Origin: Macrostomum lignano
Lineage: Eukaryota
Reading direction: 5' to 3'
Assembly: GCA_002269645.1 (NCBI GenBank)
Contig: NIVC01000881.1
Location: 62,001 to 126,000 of the forward strand
Length of the DNA stretch: 64,000 nt
Shown here: one piece after another, positions 48,698 through 60,595 of the stretch
Layout: every line of letters begins with the position of its first letter
How positions within the stretch are numbered: position 1 is the first letter of the stretch
Notes under the pieces: generated by a model
Seen by the model: only the letters and a program-made list of their open reading frames with translations
Told to the model about the DNA's origin: nothing
The model's database searches: none
Made by a program: the position numbers and the translations under genes

Positions 48698-51500
48698 TTA
48701 GTTGTCAATATGTTCTGTAGCAGTGCCAACAAAGTTGCTATGCAATGTCAGGTCCTTTTGCCAATCTACCACTTTGCTAACAATGTAGTATGTGGCGTGG
48801 CTAAAGACAAAGTACAGCATGCAATGCTTATAGATGCCTTGTTTCACATCGCCCTTAAAGTAAAGCTTCACCACCTCATCTAAGAACCACTTGCAAGTGT
48901 TGCTACCCTGCAAGCATCCACTTCAGCTTAGTATGGTGCTGCAGGACCTCGTTGGTTTGCCTGCCATACTTTTGCTGTGAGCACATCATTATGTAAAATG
49001 ATTTGGCAACAGCTTCTGTTGAGAGAATAAATTAAGTTTTTAAGTGGCACTTATTTGCATGCAGTAAAAATATATGTACATGACATGTAATTGGTTTATT
49101 AAAATGTATGTATATATACATGTATGTATAACTACTATATTGAATAGTTGAACTTGTATATATAGCTGTACTGTTAATTTAAATTTGGGCTTCTCGGATC
49201 TACACCAATCATGTCAAAGAAATACTCTCACCAATACCACCGCAATTAAGTGCAAAGTCAAGTAAGGCATAAGCCAATTTCCCAGTGCGATAGTACAATG
49301 AGGTGTTGGTGTAGAAAGACTTGAGGACAGCCTCCTTGTTTAGTGCAACCTTGACAATGGAGTTGTCTTCTTTTGTAACAGCCAAGTGCATCTTGAAGTT
49401 GGCTGGAAGTCGCAGTGGGACAATATAAAGGCACCAAAAGGCACCCTTGACATGGGGTTCAAGCCAGCTGTCACAGCCTTCCCCAGAATAAAGAACCTGA
49501 TTGAGATTTTGGATGCCATATTACAATTAGCTAGGGGTTATTTAAAGTCTGTTTTGAGAGACATCAGTTACATATTTTAAAGTCATCATAAAGTCCAGTC
49601 AGTCTAGTTTTTTACAAGCCCTTCAATTGTATTTAATAGTTGTAGTTACATCAACAACTGAAAAATGTACAATTTAAAAAGAAAATTCAAATCATTATGA
49701 CTCAATGGGCACTCCTTGGCTAGAAAAATGTTCTAACTGGTTATTGGATTTCAATATGTCAATTGACATTGAAACATGCCCAATTTTTTCATATTTTAGG
49801 CTATTTATATACAATTGACAAGGGCCAGTTCTGTGGCTTTGTCTGATACAATAGAAGAAAAACTCGCGTGCTTGATTGCATCAACAAAATTGGCCACATA
49901 CTTCTGCAATAGGAATGGCTCCAAGTCTTGCATGTGCAAAAATTTGCATGCCTGCTAGACCAGCCGCTCAGCAGCAGGCAAAAGACAGAAATGCTCAACG
50001 TCCACCAGAGACGTGGAAGATGCCAGCATCGCAACTGCCATTGCGACGTCCATGGATGCACAGTCCTCAAGACTGGAATTGAGGCAGCACCCCATTTGGT
50101 CAAGGAATGCACGGTGCAAGGCCACAGTGAGCGCAACTATCTCGGCCTCCAAGTCCTGTGGACACAAATCATAATGGTATGAAATTGCAAACAATCGTAG
50201 CAATTGTAAATTTCCTCACATTTGCGAATGGGAGTAGGCAAATTGAATAGAGGCATACTATTGGTAAGTGATCATAGAAGCATAACCTTAGTCATAAAAT
50301 CAGACCCTGTGCATATGCAAAGCAGGTATGGTGAATAAAAAATTCCATTGTGAAATTGGCCTGGGCCAGTGCTAGTCAGAGTGTTGTTATTGATTACCAG
50401 TTACCACCAGATTAAAGCTGTGGGTCTAGGGGCACCTATTTCTGATTAGCTTGATACCTGGTACATGTATACTGACTCAATGGCAGTGCAGCCACAAATA
50501 ATCTATGATCACAAACTTCTTGAGGAAGTCCTGGTCCAAATAAAGGTTTAGAGGTACAATGGCCAACTGAGCTACCTGCTGATCTTGAGCCTATTATACT
50601 ACAGTTTGATTCGGTTGTTGCCATCCTCGCCAATTGCCCCTGACTTCTGGGTTGTCCCTTGTGGAACCAGGACCAACTGAGTTGCCAGCGTGATTTGCAG
50701 CATCTGCCCTGTGACTGGTCTCAATCAGCCACCTTTCCAGCAGTGGCATGCCATGGAAGGAATCTTCAGGGTGGATGCTGTTGGCCATATGTGCATACCA
50801 CAGATAATCTTTCTTGCAGAAGACCTCACTGCAATTGTGCAGAAAGTCCGTGACCTGCTGCCACATTGTAGCCACTTTCCAGTGTGGTAGCTGGGTGTCT
50901 TGTGCAGGGGACAATGTTTGTGAACTAGCATTACGTGTAAATGCTATTTAACATGGTGAGATTAAGTGTTGTGCACACATAAAGTGTATACTTCTCATCA
51001 CAAACCCAATTCATACACTTTTGGATCACATAGCAGTAACTACGCTATAGTAGAGTTAGCCACTATTTTAGACAATAGTTATATGTATCTTACTATAAAT
51101 ACGGTGTTACAAGCTTTCACATAAGAGCTAATTGAGATGGCACACTCAGGCACAGTGCAATTAAGTAGACAAAGAACAAAAATTGCAACACAATCAAGCA
51201 AATACAAACCTTGGGCAAGTGACATCAAAGCACAGATTGGCTCTACAAGGTCAAGCAGGCACAATAGGTCAAAAACAAAGTTGCTTCCAAAAAGCTCGTA
51301 CTGAAGCAGCGTATTGTCTAAGCAGTTGAACCCTTTAGAAATGAAAGCATTGTAGAGCTTGGCATATGCTTCCTTGGTAGCTTTCCACTGTGAAGTTGCA
51401 GAGGAAAGAAAGTGTTATATCGCAAAAATAGACACAGTGCGCGCTGTGCCCTCTGACATGGCCTTAAATGAGTGTGGATAATTGTGCAAAAGGCCCTTCT
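48698..51500 (-). pseudogene. Decayed intron-containing transposase, tentatively hAT-like (middle and C-terminal part)
   Basis: Splicing 51210|GT...AAG|50898 gives FVFDLLCLLDLVEPICALMSLAQ-DTQLPHWKV; splicing 49232|GT...CAG|49015 gives LDFALNCGGI-EAVAKSFYIMMCSQQKYGRQTNEVLQHHTKLKW; several stops and frameshifts. Family assignment is from recalled motif similarity only. Confidence 0.55.
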
Positions 51501-53944
51501 ATACAAAAGTTTAAGCAGACATTAAAAAGATCTAGGTCTCCAGGCCTTATTATACTTAGCCCTTTTTTAAATATTTATTGTATTTATTTACATTAGTTAG
51601 GGGCCAATTCTATTTCATAAATAAATTTATAAATTCACTATACATTTATAAATTTTAACAAAGCAAATATTGAACCCTTCCATTTCCATGGCAGCATATT
51701 AGGCCCTAAAGTTATTAATGTGGCCTTTGCCATAAAAAAATTCAACATATATAAGGCCATGGATCCTAATGTACATAGACAGAGAAAGACCTAAAGTATA
51801 CCATTGGCATAGGCCATAGTCTGTATCATGCTGTGTGCATGCCCAAACAAAAGTTGAGTGCATGTCTATTCTCAAAACTATGCCAGTGTTGCAACAATAA
51901 ATGACCTTTTTTGACCTTTTTTGAATTGCATAATCAATCCTTTTTAGCAGATAATTTGGTTAATTTTTCTGCTTTTTCGGCAATACTTTTTCTAGTAAAA
52001 AATTGATACATACAAAAAGTTGTTTAAATGCTTTATTACAAGCTTAAAAAAACCCAGAAAGCTTAAAATTTACACTTGAAAATTAAACTTTAAAAATCTT
52101 TTTTCTACTTTACAATAACTCCTCCACATGATTCTATAAAGTGCATGCTAAGTGTGCACGCAACACATATTTTTTTCTTAGGAATGATGCACGCCAACTG
52201 TGCATACCTATTTTTGGCATGCAAGGCCAATCAATACATGTCCAAATTTTCGGGCATATACTACATGATCCAGAGTGTGGGGCATAGGCCTATAACTTGG
52301 TATATAAAAGGGCTTGGCATACCTTTTTTCTATATAGGTATAGCCCATAGTTTAGATTATGTATTTGTATGCTGGGTCCAGTGGAGAAAGAAGTATAGGA
52401 CCTTGTTTGTATACTGGCCTGGGACTAGAAAAATGTTTTCACTATAAACACTAAAATTGTATGCTTTTTTTACCAAAATCAGATCAGATCAAATCAGATC
52501 ATCAGTATGTATGTTGATATATATTAGAAAATGGCAAGTACCATTATTGTTTACTAGGAAATCCTGATATACATATTGCCTTCCAAAGTAAAACATACAG
52601 CTTGGCATACAAAGATTGCCAAGACAGTAGATAGGACCAAATTCCAACACCTAAGTCCCAACTAATGTACATATATAGTTAATATATAAAAATGAACAAG
52701 TTTAAAATTTAGCATAGTCTCCATGTGCATAGTTGGAATAGAAGAATAAATTAAAAAATTACATATATAATAATATAAATCTTCTTAAGAAATTAGAAAA
52801 GTAAAAAGTAAAAAAAATTAAATTAAATAAACTAGTTCTTTACAGTTTAATACTTTATTGACAAGTTTTTATTAACCTAATTTTGTAAAGATTAGAAAAC
52901 CACAAGCATAAAATTATAGTTTGTCATTTTTTCATTTTCTTCTTAGTGTATTTTTGTATGTAATAATATAAGTCCATTGGTATGCATTGGCATATAGGAG
53001 CTAAGGAAGCAAATTTTAAATTTATTCCAATACACCAGTATACAATCCTAACATTAGCATGTAGCATATAATCATGATACTGATACATATTAAAGTCCTT
53101 GGCCACTTGCATGTTGCATATAACTTTTTTGGCAAATCGGTTGGCTTAGTTTAAACTAGATCATTATTTTATTTATTTGTCTATCCAAGTTGCATATTTA
53201 AATATTTATTTTCTATATTTATAGGCTTTGATATTTTGGTGAATAGGAGCCTAGGTGTTTCTATTAATGGTTGCTACTTAGGTAATTGTTTATTTATAAT
53301 ATTTTAAAAAATATTATATAGAATAATATCCAATAGAATAAAAATGAAGCAGTCCTATTACAAAAATAGTATACATAAAAATATCAATATAAGCATTCTG
53401 CAGAGTTAAAAGTTGGACAATAAAAAGTAGAATTTTAACAAAGCTAAAAAAATTCTATAAATTAACAATTAAAGTATTATAAATATAACAATCTTATACC
53501 GTAAGTGATTTTCTATAAAATATATTTTTTTGTTTTTCTTTATTATGCTTTTTAACCAAATTATAAACCAAAAAGCGAAACATCTAGTTTTTCAATTAAA
53601 TATATCTAGTTGCCATTTTGGTTTAAATGCACTAAGCTACTTTTATTACCTGCATCATGCTAGACTAGGGGAATTATTTGGCAGGCTTACAATAGACAAG
53701 CCATAGCTATACCTCTTTACCTTGCCATGCCATCCCCCATTGTTGTGTTATACCTATCTATGCTGTTGCAATGCACTTGTCCATGCCATGCCACATTGCC
53801 AACAAGCTGATCTATGCTGCAAACCATTCCTAAAATGCCTATGCATTACAATTTGGCATTGGGGACCTTGTCCTTGTATACATCCCAGAATTGGTAGTTC
53901 ATTACCTAACGGATTTACTGTTTAGACTAGTAATCCATCCACTA

Positions 53945-54165
53945 GATCCTCAGTTGCTAATCCACCCCCAGATCCTCAGTTGCTAATCCACCCCCAGATC
54001 CACAGTTGCTAATCCACCTCCAGATCCTCAGTTGCTAATCCACCCCCAGATCCTCAGTTGCTAATCCACCTCCAGATCCTCAGTTGCTAATCCACCTCCA
54101 GATCCTCAGTTGCTAATCCACCCCTCAGATCCTCAGTTGCTAATCTACCCCCAGATCCTCAGTTG
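53945..54165. repeat. 26-bp minisatellite CAGATCCTCAGTTGCTAATCCACCCC, about 8 copies, upstream of RPL23
   Basis: Read directly. Confidence 0.93.
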
Positions 54166-54319
54166 CAAGGCCACTGCCACCTTCCTCGGTGTCTAGGCCA
54201 GCCTCCCAGATCCCCAGTGTACTCGTGGAAAATTAAAGCACCTGAATTTGAAACAAACAGCGCCAACAAACTCGCAAACCGAATGTTCTGATTGCAGAGC
54301 GTGCAGTCCCAGCTGAGCC

Positions 54320-54736
54320 ATGTCCAAGCGAAGCACCTCCCGGTCCACTAAGTTTCGCGTGTCTCTCGGCCTGCCAGTTGGCGCCGCTATTAACTGCGCC
54401 GACAACAGCGGCGCCAAGGTGCTGAACCTGTTCGCCGTCACGGGCATCCGCGGCCGATTGAACCGCCTACCAGCTGCCGGTGTCGGCGACCTGATCGTCT
54501 GCAGCGTGCGCAAAGGCAAGGCCGACCTGCGCAAGAAGGTCATCCTGGCCGTTATCATCCGGCAACGGAAGTCCATCCGGCGAAAGAACGGCGATATTCT
54601 GTACTTTGAAGACAATGCCGGGGTAATCGTGAATAACAAAGGCGAGATGAAGGGCTCAGCTGTCACCGGCCCGGTTGCTAAGGAGGCCGCAGAACTGTGG
54701 CCGAAGATTGCGTCCAGCTGCACTTCTATCAAGTAA
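54320..54736 (+). CDS. RPL23: 60S ribosomal protein L23 (uL14), intronless and divergent, 138 aa
   Basis: [72 protein letters not shown]; intact ORF. Confidence 0.95.
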   Translation: MSKRSTSRSTKFRVSLGLPVGAAINCADNSGAKVLNLFAVTGIRGRLNRLPAAGVGDLIVCSVRKGKADLRKKVILAVIIRQRKSIRRKNGDILYFEDNAGVIVNNKGEMKGSAVTGPVAKEAAELWPKIASSCTSIK

Positions 54737-55139
54737 TTATCTTGCTCGGCGCTAACTTTGTTTACTGGCTTGTTGTGCTAACGATTGAGACCAATAATTA
54801 TAAGTCGCTGTTCATTGGTCTTTGTGGATGAACTGTTCAACCAACTAAATTACGTCTTGGATTAAGAAAACTTTATCTGCATTTTACTTTGTCTTTGTTG
54901 CTTATTTCGGCTTTGATTGAAAGGGCGATATCATATACATAGCTAATTCTCTACTCTCAGTTCAGTAGCAGAAAAACATGTGCAAGCTTTTTTCTGAAAA
55001 AAAACAGTTTGCTTGACTTGCAGACGTAAAAAACTGGCTATTGGTGCAGAGGTTATGTACGTTTAGCCTGCGCCGCTGAAATGTGCATAGCAGGAGGCGG
55101 CTTTAGGCTGAAAGGTAATAAAATTGGGCGGGGGCTAGA

Positions 55140-55790
55140 GATCCCTTCTCTCCTCTCCCTTCTCTCCTCTTCTCTCCTCTCCCTTCTCTCCTCTCCTCTC
55201 CTCTCCTCTCCTCTCCCTCCTCTCCCTTCTCTCCTCTCCTCTCCTCTCCTTTCTCTCCTCTTCTCTCCCCTCCCTTCTCTCTCCTCTCCCTTCTCTCCTC
55301 TCCTCTCCTCTCCTTTCTCTCCTCTTCTCTCCTCTCCCTTCTCTCCCCTCCCTTCTCTCTCCTCTCCCTTCTCTCCTCTCCTCTCCTTTCCCTCCTCTCC
55401 CTTCTCTCCTCTTCTCTCCCTTCTCTCCTCTCCTTCCTCTCCTCTCCCATCTCTCTTCTCCTCTTCTCTTCTTTCTCTCCTCTCCTCTCCTCTCCTTTCC
55501 CTCCTCTCCCTTCTCTCTTATCTCCCTTCTCTCCTCTTCTCTCCCTTCTCTCCTCTTCTCTCCCTTCTCTCCTCTTCTCTCCCTTCTCTCTTCTCCTCTC
55601 CTCTCCTCTCCTCTCGCTTCTCTCCTCTCCTCTCCTCTCGCTTCTCTCCTCTCCTCTCCTCTCGCTTCTCTCCTCTCCTCTCGTCTCCTATATTTCATCT
55701 CTCTTCTTCTATCTCCTTTATTCCCTCGCCTCTCCTTTCTCCAATTTCCCCGCTCTCTTCTCTATTACTTCTCATCTTTGCCCTCCTTTG
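55140..55790. repeat. CT-rich low-complexity tract (CTCCT/CTTCT)
   Basis: Almost pure pyrimidine; source of the E/R/G and L/S/P ORFs. Confidence 0.93.
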
Positions 55791-56299
55791 ACCTGCAGTC
55801 ATGTGCTAGGTTTTGTATATGGCCTTTAAGGGACAAAAGTTCGGCGACCCCTGACCTAGACTGATTTTAGGATGAAAAATAATAATGCCAAAAATTTAGT
55901 TTAAGATCAGCAGCTAGTAAACATGACAGAATTTATTCCTGCTACTCTACTTGAAGTAGGCTGAAGCGAATTTTTTTCATTACTTGAATTCGTTGAATTG
56001 ATTGATTTGAGTTTCGATTCGCCACTTTGTTTCTGAACAGTAGTCACAGTAGATAGCAAGATAAGGCACATCCACTAGACTATACTAAAATCTTTCAATT
56101 TACTAATATGACCTTTCAAACATGATCTTTCAATTGCGCTTCTCCAAACACTAAATGAAAGAGATAACTAAGCTCGACGAATGACGGGAGCTCATGAATG
56201 GCATCCACCTACCTATCTAACAGACATGGGTAGGGACGCCCAACAAGAGACTGGTTTCCCACCAAAAGACGGGTTTCCCAATAAAAGACAGGGGTTTCC

Positions 56300-57375
56300 C
56301 ACCAAGAGACGGGACGCCCACCAAGAGACAGGTCAGGGACGCCCACCAAGAGACAGGTCAGGGACGCCCACCAAGAGACAGGTCAGGGGACGCCCACCAA
56401 GAGACAGGTCAGGGACGCCCACCAAGAGACAGGTAAGGGGACGCCCACCAAGAGACAGGTCAGGGGACGCCCACCAAGAGACAGGTCAGGGACGCCCACT
56501 AAGAGACAGGTAAGGGGACGCCCACCAAGAGACAGGTCACGGACGCCCACCAAGAGACAGGTAAGGGGACGCCCACCAAGAGACAGGTCAGGGGACGCCC
56601 ACCAAGAGACAGGTCAGGGGACGCCCACCAAGAGACAGGTCAGGGACGCCCACCAAGAGACAGGTCAGGGACGCCCACTAAGAGACAGGTAAGGGGACGC
56701 CCACCAAGAGACAGGTCAGGGACGCCCACCAAGAGACAGGTAAGGGGACGCCCACCAAGAGACAGGTCAGGGGACGCCCACCAAGAGACAGGTCAGGGGA
56801 CGCCCACCAAGAGACAGGTCAGGGACGCCCACCAAGAGACAGGTCAGGGACGCCCACCAAGAGACAGGTCAGGGACGCCCACCAAGAGACAGGTCAGGGA
56901 CGCCCACCAAGAGACAGGTCAGGGACGCCCACCAAGAGACAGGTCAGGGACGCCCACCAAGAGACAGGTCAGGGACGCCCACCAAGAGACAGGTCAGGGA
57001 CGCCCACCAAGAGACAGGTCAGGGACGCCCACCAAGAGACAGGTCAGGGACGCCCACCAAGAGACAGGTCAGGGACGCCCACCAAGAGACAGGTCAGGGA
57101 CGCCCACCAAGAGACAGGTCAGGGACGCCCACCAAGAGACAGGTCAGGGACGCCCACCAAGAGACAGGTCAGGGACGCCCACCAAGAGACAGGTCAGGGA
57201 CGCCCACCAAGAGACAGGTCAGGGGACGCCCAATGAAACTGCAGCAATAAGAGACAGTGGTCGCCCACCAAGAGACAGGGGATGTCCAATAAAAGACGGA
57301 CACCCACCAAGAAACAGGGGATGTCCAATAAGAGACAGGGGACGCCCACCAAGAGACAGGGACGCCCACCAAGAG
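56300..57375. repeat. 25-26-bp minisatellite GACGCCCACCAAGAGACAGGTCAGG(G), about 40 copies
   Basis: Homogeneous core with degenerate flanks. Confidence 0.96.
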
Positions 57376-58554
57376 CCCTTCGCCTTTGGGGTGCCAGAAA
57401 CAGCCTCCAATGTCGCTAACGCCCTTCGCCAAAGTCGTTCTCTCTGCATAACCATATTAACTCAATCAGGATTCGGACATGCTAATTTCCACAGTCCTTC
57501 TTTGGATTGTCAAGTCCGAATATATTTTTTGCCTCATCAATTATGAATCGAGTCGCGATCCCTGCGCCGTGGCTGGCGCACAGTCCCTGGGATTATTTTT
57601 TTGCGTTAATTGGGCTCGACGGAGTCCGGAGTTCGAGTCGGGGCGGCTGCTTTTGTGCGATACTCCCTGAGCACTGGCGGTTTATCTTTAATGAAGCGTG
57701 CTTCGCCGCATAGGGGATATCTTATGCGCGACCTGTACAGAATGCTGGAGCTTCATCAACTCCTGTATAGGTTTAGTCGCGTTGCCAAGGCCAATCAAGC
57801 AGCATTATTCATGGCCGAACTGGCTGACCTACGGAGTCTCTCCGGATTAACTGATGCATTTTCTTGATTCCGTTCTCCTGGCCTCTCCTGCAGATGAGTC
57901 TAGACTCAAATGCAATTACAATTGGCTAGAAGATAAATTCAGCTTTGCAATAAACCTGTACAGTGAATTTCTGCGGCTGGAAAGTGCATACTGAGCTATC
58001 ATACTTGCGAGCTCCTATGGACTCCTGGTTCCGTTTAACTTCCGCTAGTAGCCTGTCATTATTTACAAGAACTGCAGTGCAATGGACACGTGCAAGCCCT
58101 TATCTAAGTCTCCACCTGTCTTTACTTTGGGCCTATCGACTCATGGAACCTGCTTGTGTAATAAGGTTAAAAACTCAGCCAGTCGGGTCACATGGTTTGA
58201 GTTGAATATCGAGCTATCTTTGGGTTCATATCCAGCAGTCAACAATGCTTGCGCTAATGGTGTTGCTTTTTTCCAGCACAGAGTCGTTTTCATTTTTATC
58301 TTCTCTACAGGTATTTCTAAACAATCCGTCTTGCTATTTGCTCTAGGCCTCTAGAATAATTTAATGGGGGTGGGGGCAACTCTGGCTCCCACTCACCGCC
58401 TGGACAAGCTTTTTACTTGGTGCTGAAATTGCGAAACGTTATTAAGAACTACCAGTGTATGCGCATGTATTCTAGTGATCAGCTGTTGCTTGTGACGCCA
58501 CGAAGTCTCATTCTAGATTAAGCACAATAAACGCTTCAAATCTTTCTGGAAGAG

Positions 58555-59235
58555 CATGACGCTTTAAATCTCGCGTCACACTGTAATGACGACACCTCAA
58601 AATCTCGTTCATTGTTAGCACGACGCTTCAAAATCTTGCTCACTGTAAGCATGAAGCTTCATAATCTCGTTCATTGTAAGCATGACGCTTCAAAATCTTA
58701 CTGATTGTAAGCATGACGCTTCAAAATCTTACTGATTGTAAGCATGACGCTTCAAAATCTTACTGATTGTAAGCATGGTGCTTCAAAATCTTACTGATTG
58801 TAAGCATGACGCTTCAAAATCTTACTGATTGTAAGCATGGTGCTTCAAAATCTTACTGATTGTAAGCACGGTGCTTCAAAATCTTGCACACTGTAAGTCT
58901 GACGCTTCAAAATCTTACTGATTGTAAGCATGGTGCTTCAAAATCTTACTGATTGTAAGCATGGTGCTTCAAAATCTTACTGATTGTACTGGTAAGCATG
59001 GTGCTTCAAAATCTTGCACACTGTAAGTCTGACGCTTCAAAATCTTACTGATTGTAAGCATGGTGCTTCAAAATCTTACTGATTGTAAGCATGGTGCTTC
59101 AAAATCTTACTGATTGTAAGCATGGTGCTTCAAAATCTTACTGATTGTAAGCATGGTGCTTCAAAATCTTGCACAAACATTCAAAGTCTGACACTTCAAA
59201 ATGTCGCTAACTGTAGGCATGACGCTTCAAAACCT
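58555..59235. repeat. 31-bp minisatellite GCTTCAAAATCTTACTGATTGTAAGCATGGT
   Basis: About 20 copies; internal CTTAC/GTAAG inverted pair. Confidence 0.93.
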
Positions 59236-60595
59236 ATTTCACTATAATTATCATGATACCACAAAATCCCTCTCCAGACTAGCCTGAAGTTTCAGAGTCT
59301 CCCTATCCGCTTAAGCCTGCTCGTATCAGAGGCCGAAGCATGACTGCTGTAATAAGCAAGTTGCATCCGGTGCACGGATCAGGCGGATGATTGTGTATAA
59401 TATTATTTGTTGCTCCAAAGCCACTGCATAAAATCGAATTTATGTGACAGCTGTCTGTAACTAACTACACATATATTTCGTTAGAACCGTTTCATTATTT
59501 CCGTGGCCCCGCGCAGTTGCAAGGAGTCACCATCAAAACAACGACCTGCTCTGTAATTAACAAGAAGCTTGCAGAGTCGTGCACAATGAATTATATATAT
59601 ATTTTTAAGTGACGGTTGCTTCCACATGAGATTTTTTCCATTATTAAAAAGTCTTTAACATTGATGATAAGCTGTTTATGAGCGCGAGTCAAAGAAAACA
59701 ATACATTTACACGCACATGCCCGCACCGAACAGCTAGAGACAAAGGTTGCTAAGACGATATTCCTTAGGTTGCTGGCCTCCTCAAATCAATGAAATGTAT
59801 GGATTTCTTACACTACTAATAAAGAGTCTCACTGTCAGATTTGGTCGAAAAAGTCTCCTCAATCAGCGGGCCAAATCGAATATTCATCAGCTCTTGTATT
59901 GATTTTATCTGTCGCTGAGGAGGCGTGAGCAACGCGAAGGCCGCACATTGCTTAGAAACTGTTAATTGTAACTCGGCTTGCCCGAGTGCCAGACTGGGTT
60001 AGCTGTGAAAGCGAGATTAAGTCCTTGGCGCCGGCCTGAAAAGGAAGTAGCGGAGAGCTGGGAAATGAGGTGCAGTTCAGATCGGGTTTCAAGAGCTGTT
60101 GAAACCTCATCGCGGCTTCAGCTCTCCATCAAATCTTGTAGAGGCAGCTTGGCGATTGTCAATTTCTCTCTGGCTCAGTGCCATATGCCTAATGTGAAAC
60201 TTCAGCCACCTGTGTATAAAAATAATAGTACGCGAAGACAGTCAACAAAATCTCTGCTCGCTGGACCGCTTCGAAATCAATTAGAGACAATTTTCGTTGA
60301 CGCTTCATAGGATGCACACGCGTAGTTGAAAGCCTAACAAACCAACCGAGGCAGGATTTCCAAGTGCACCAGCACTGACCAGACAGAGCTGTGTTTTCAG
60401 CAGGGAATCCGCCAATCTTTCATTGCTATACATGGAATTCCGACTGTTAAAAAGACGGCTTAGAAACAATCCCATTCCTGACACTGTCGCCGTCACAGGG
60501 GATTAAATTCAAGGATACAGAACAGGCTGTCATTTATGCTGACGCACCTTGCGAGATTCATAATTCAGCTATATCGAAAGGAATTTTATGGACGG

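Noticed and set aside
55081-55791. L/S/P-rich and E/R/G-rich ORFs
   Set aside because: Translations of a CT low-complexity tract.
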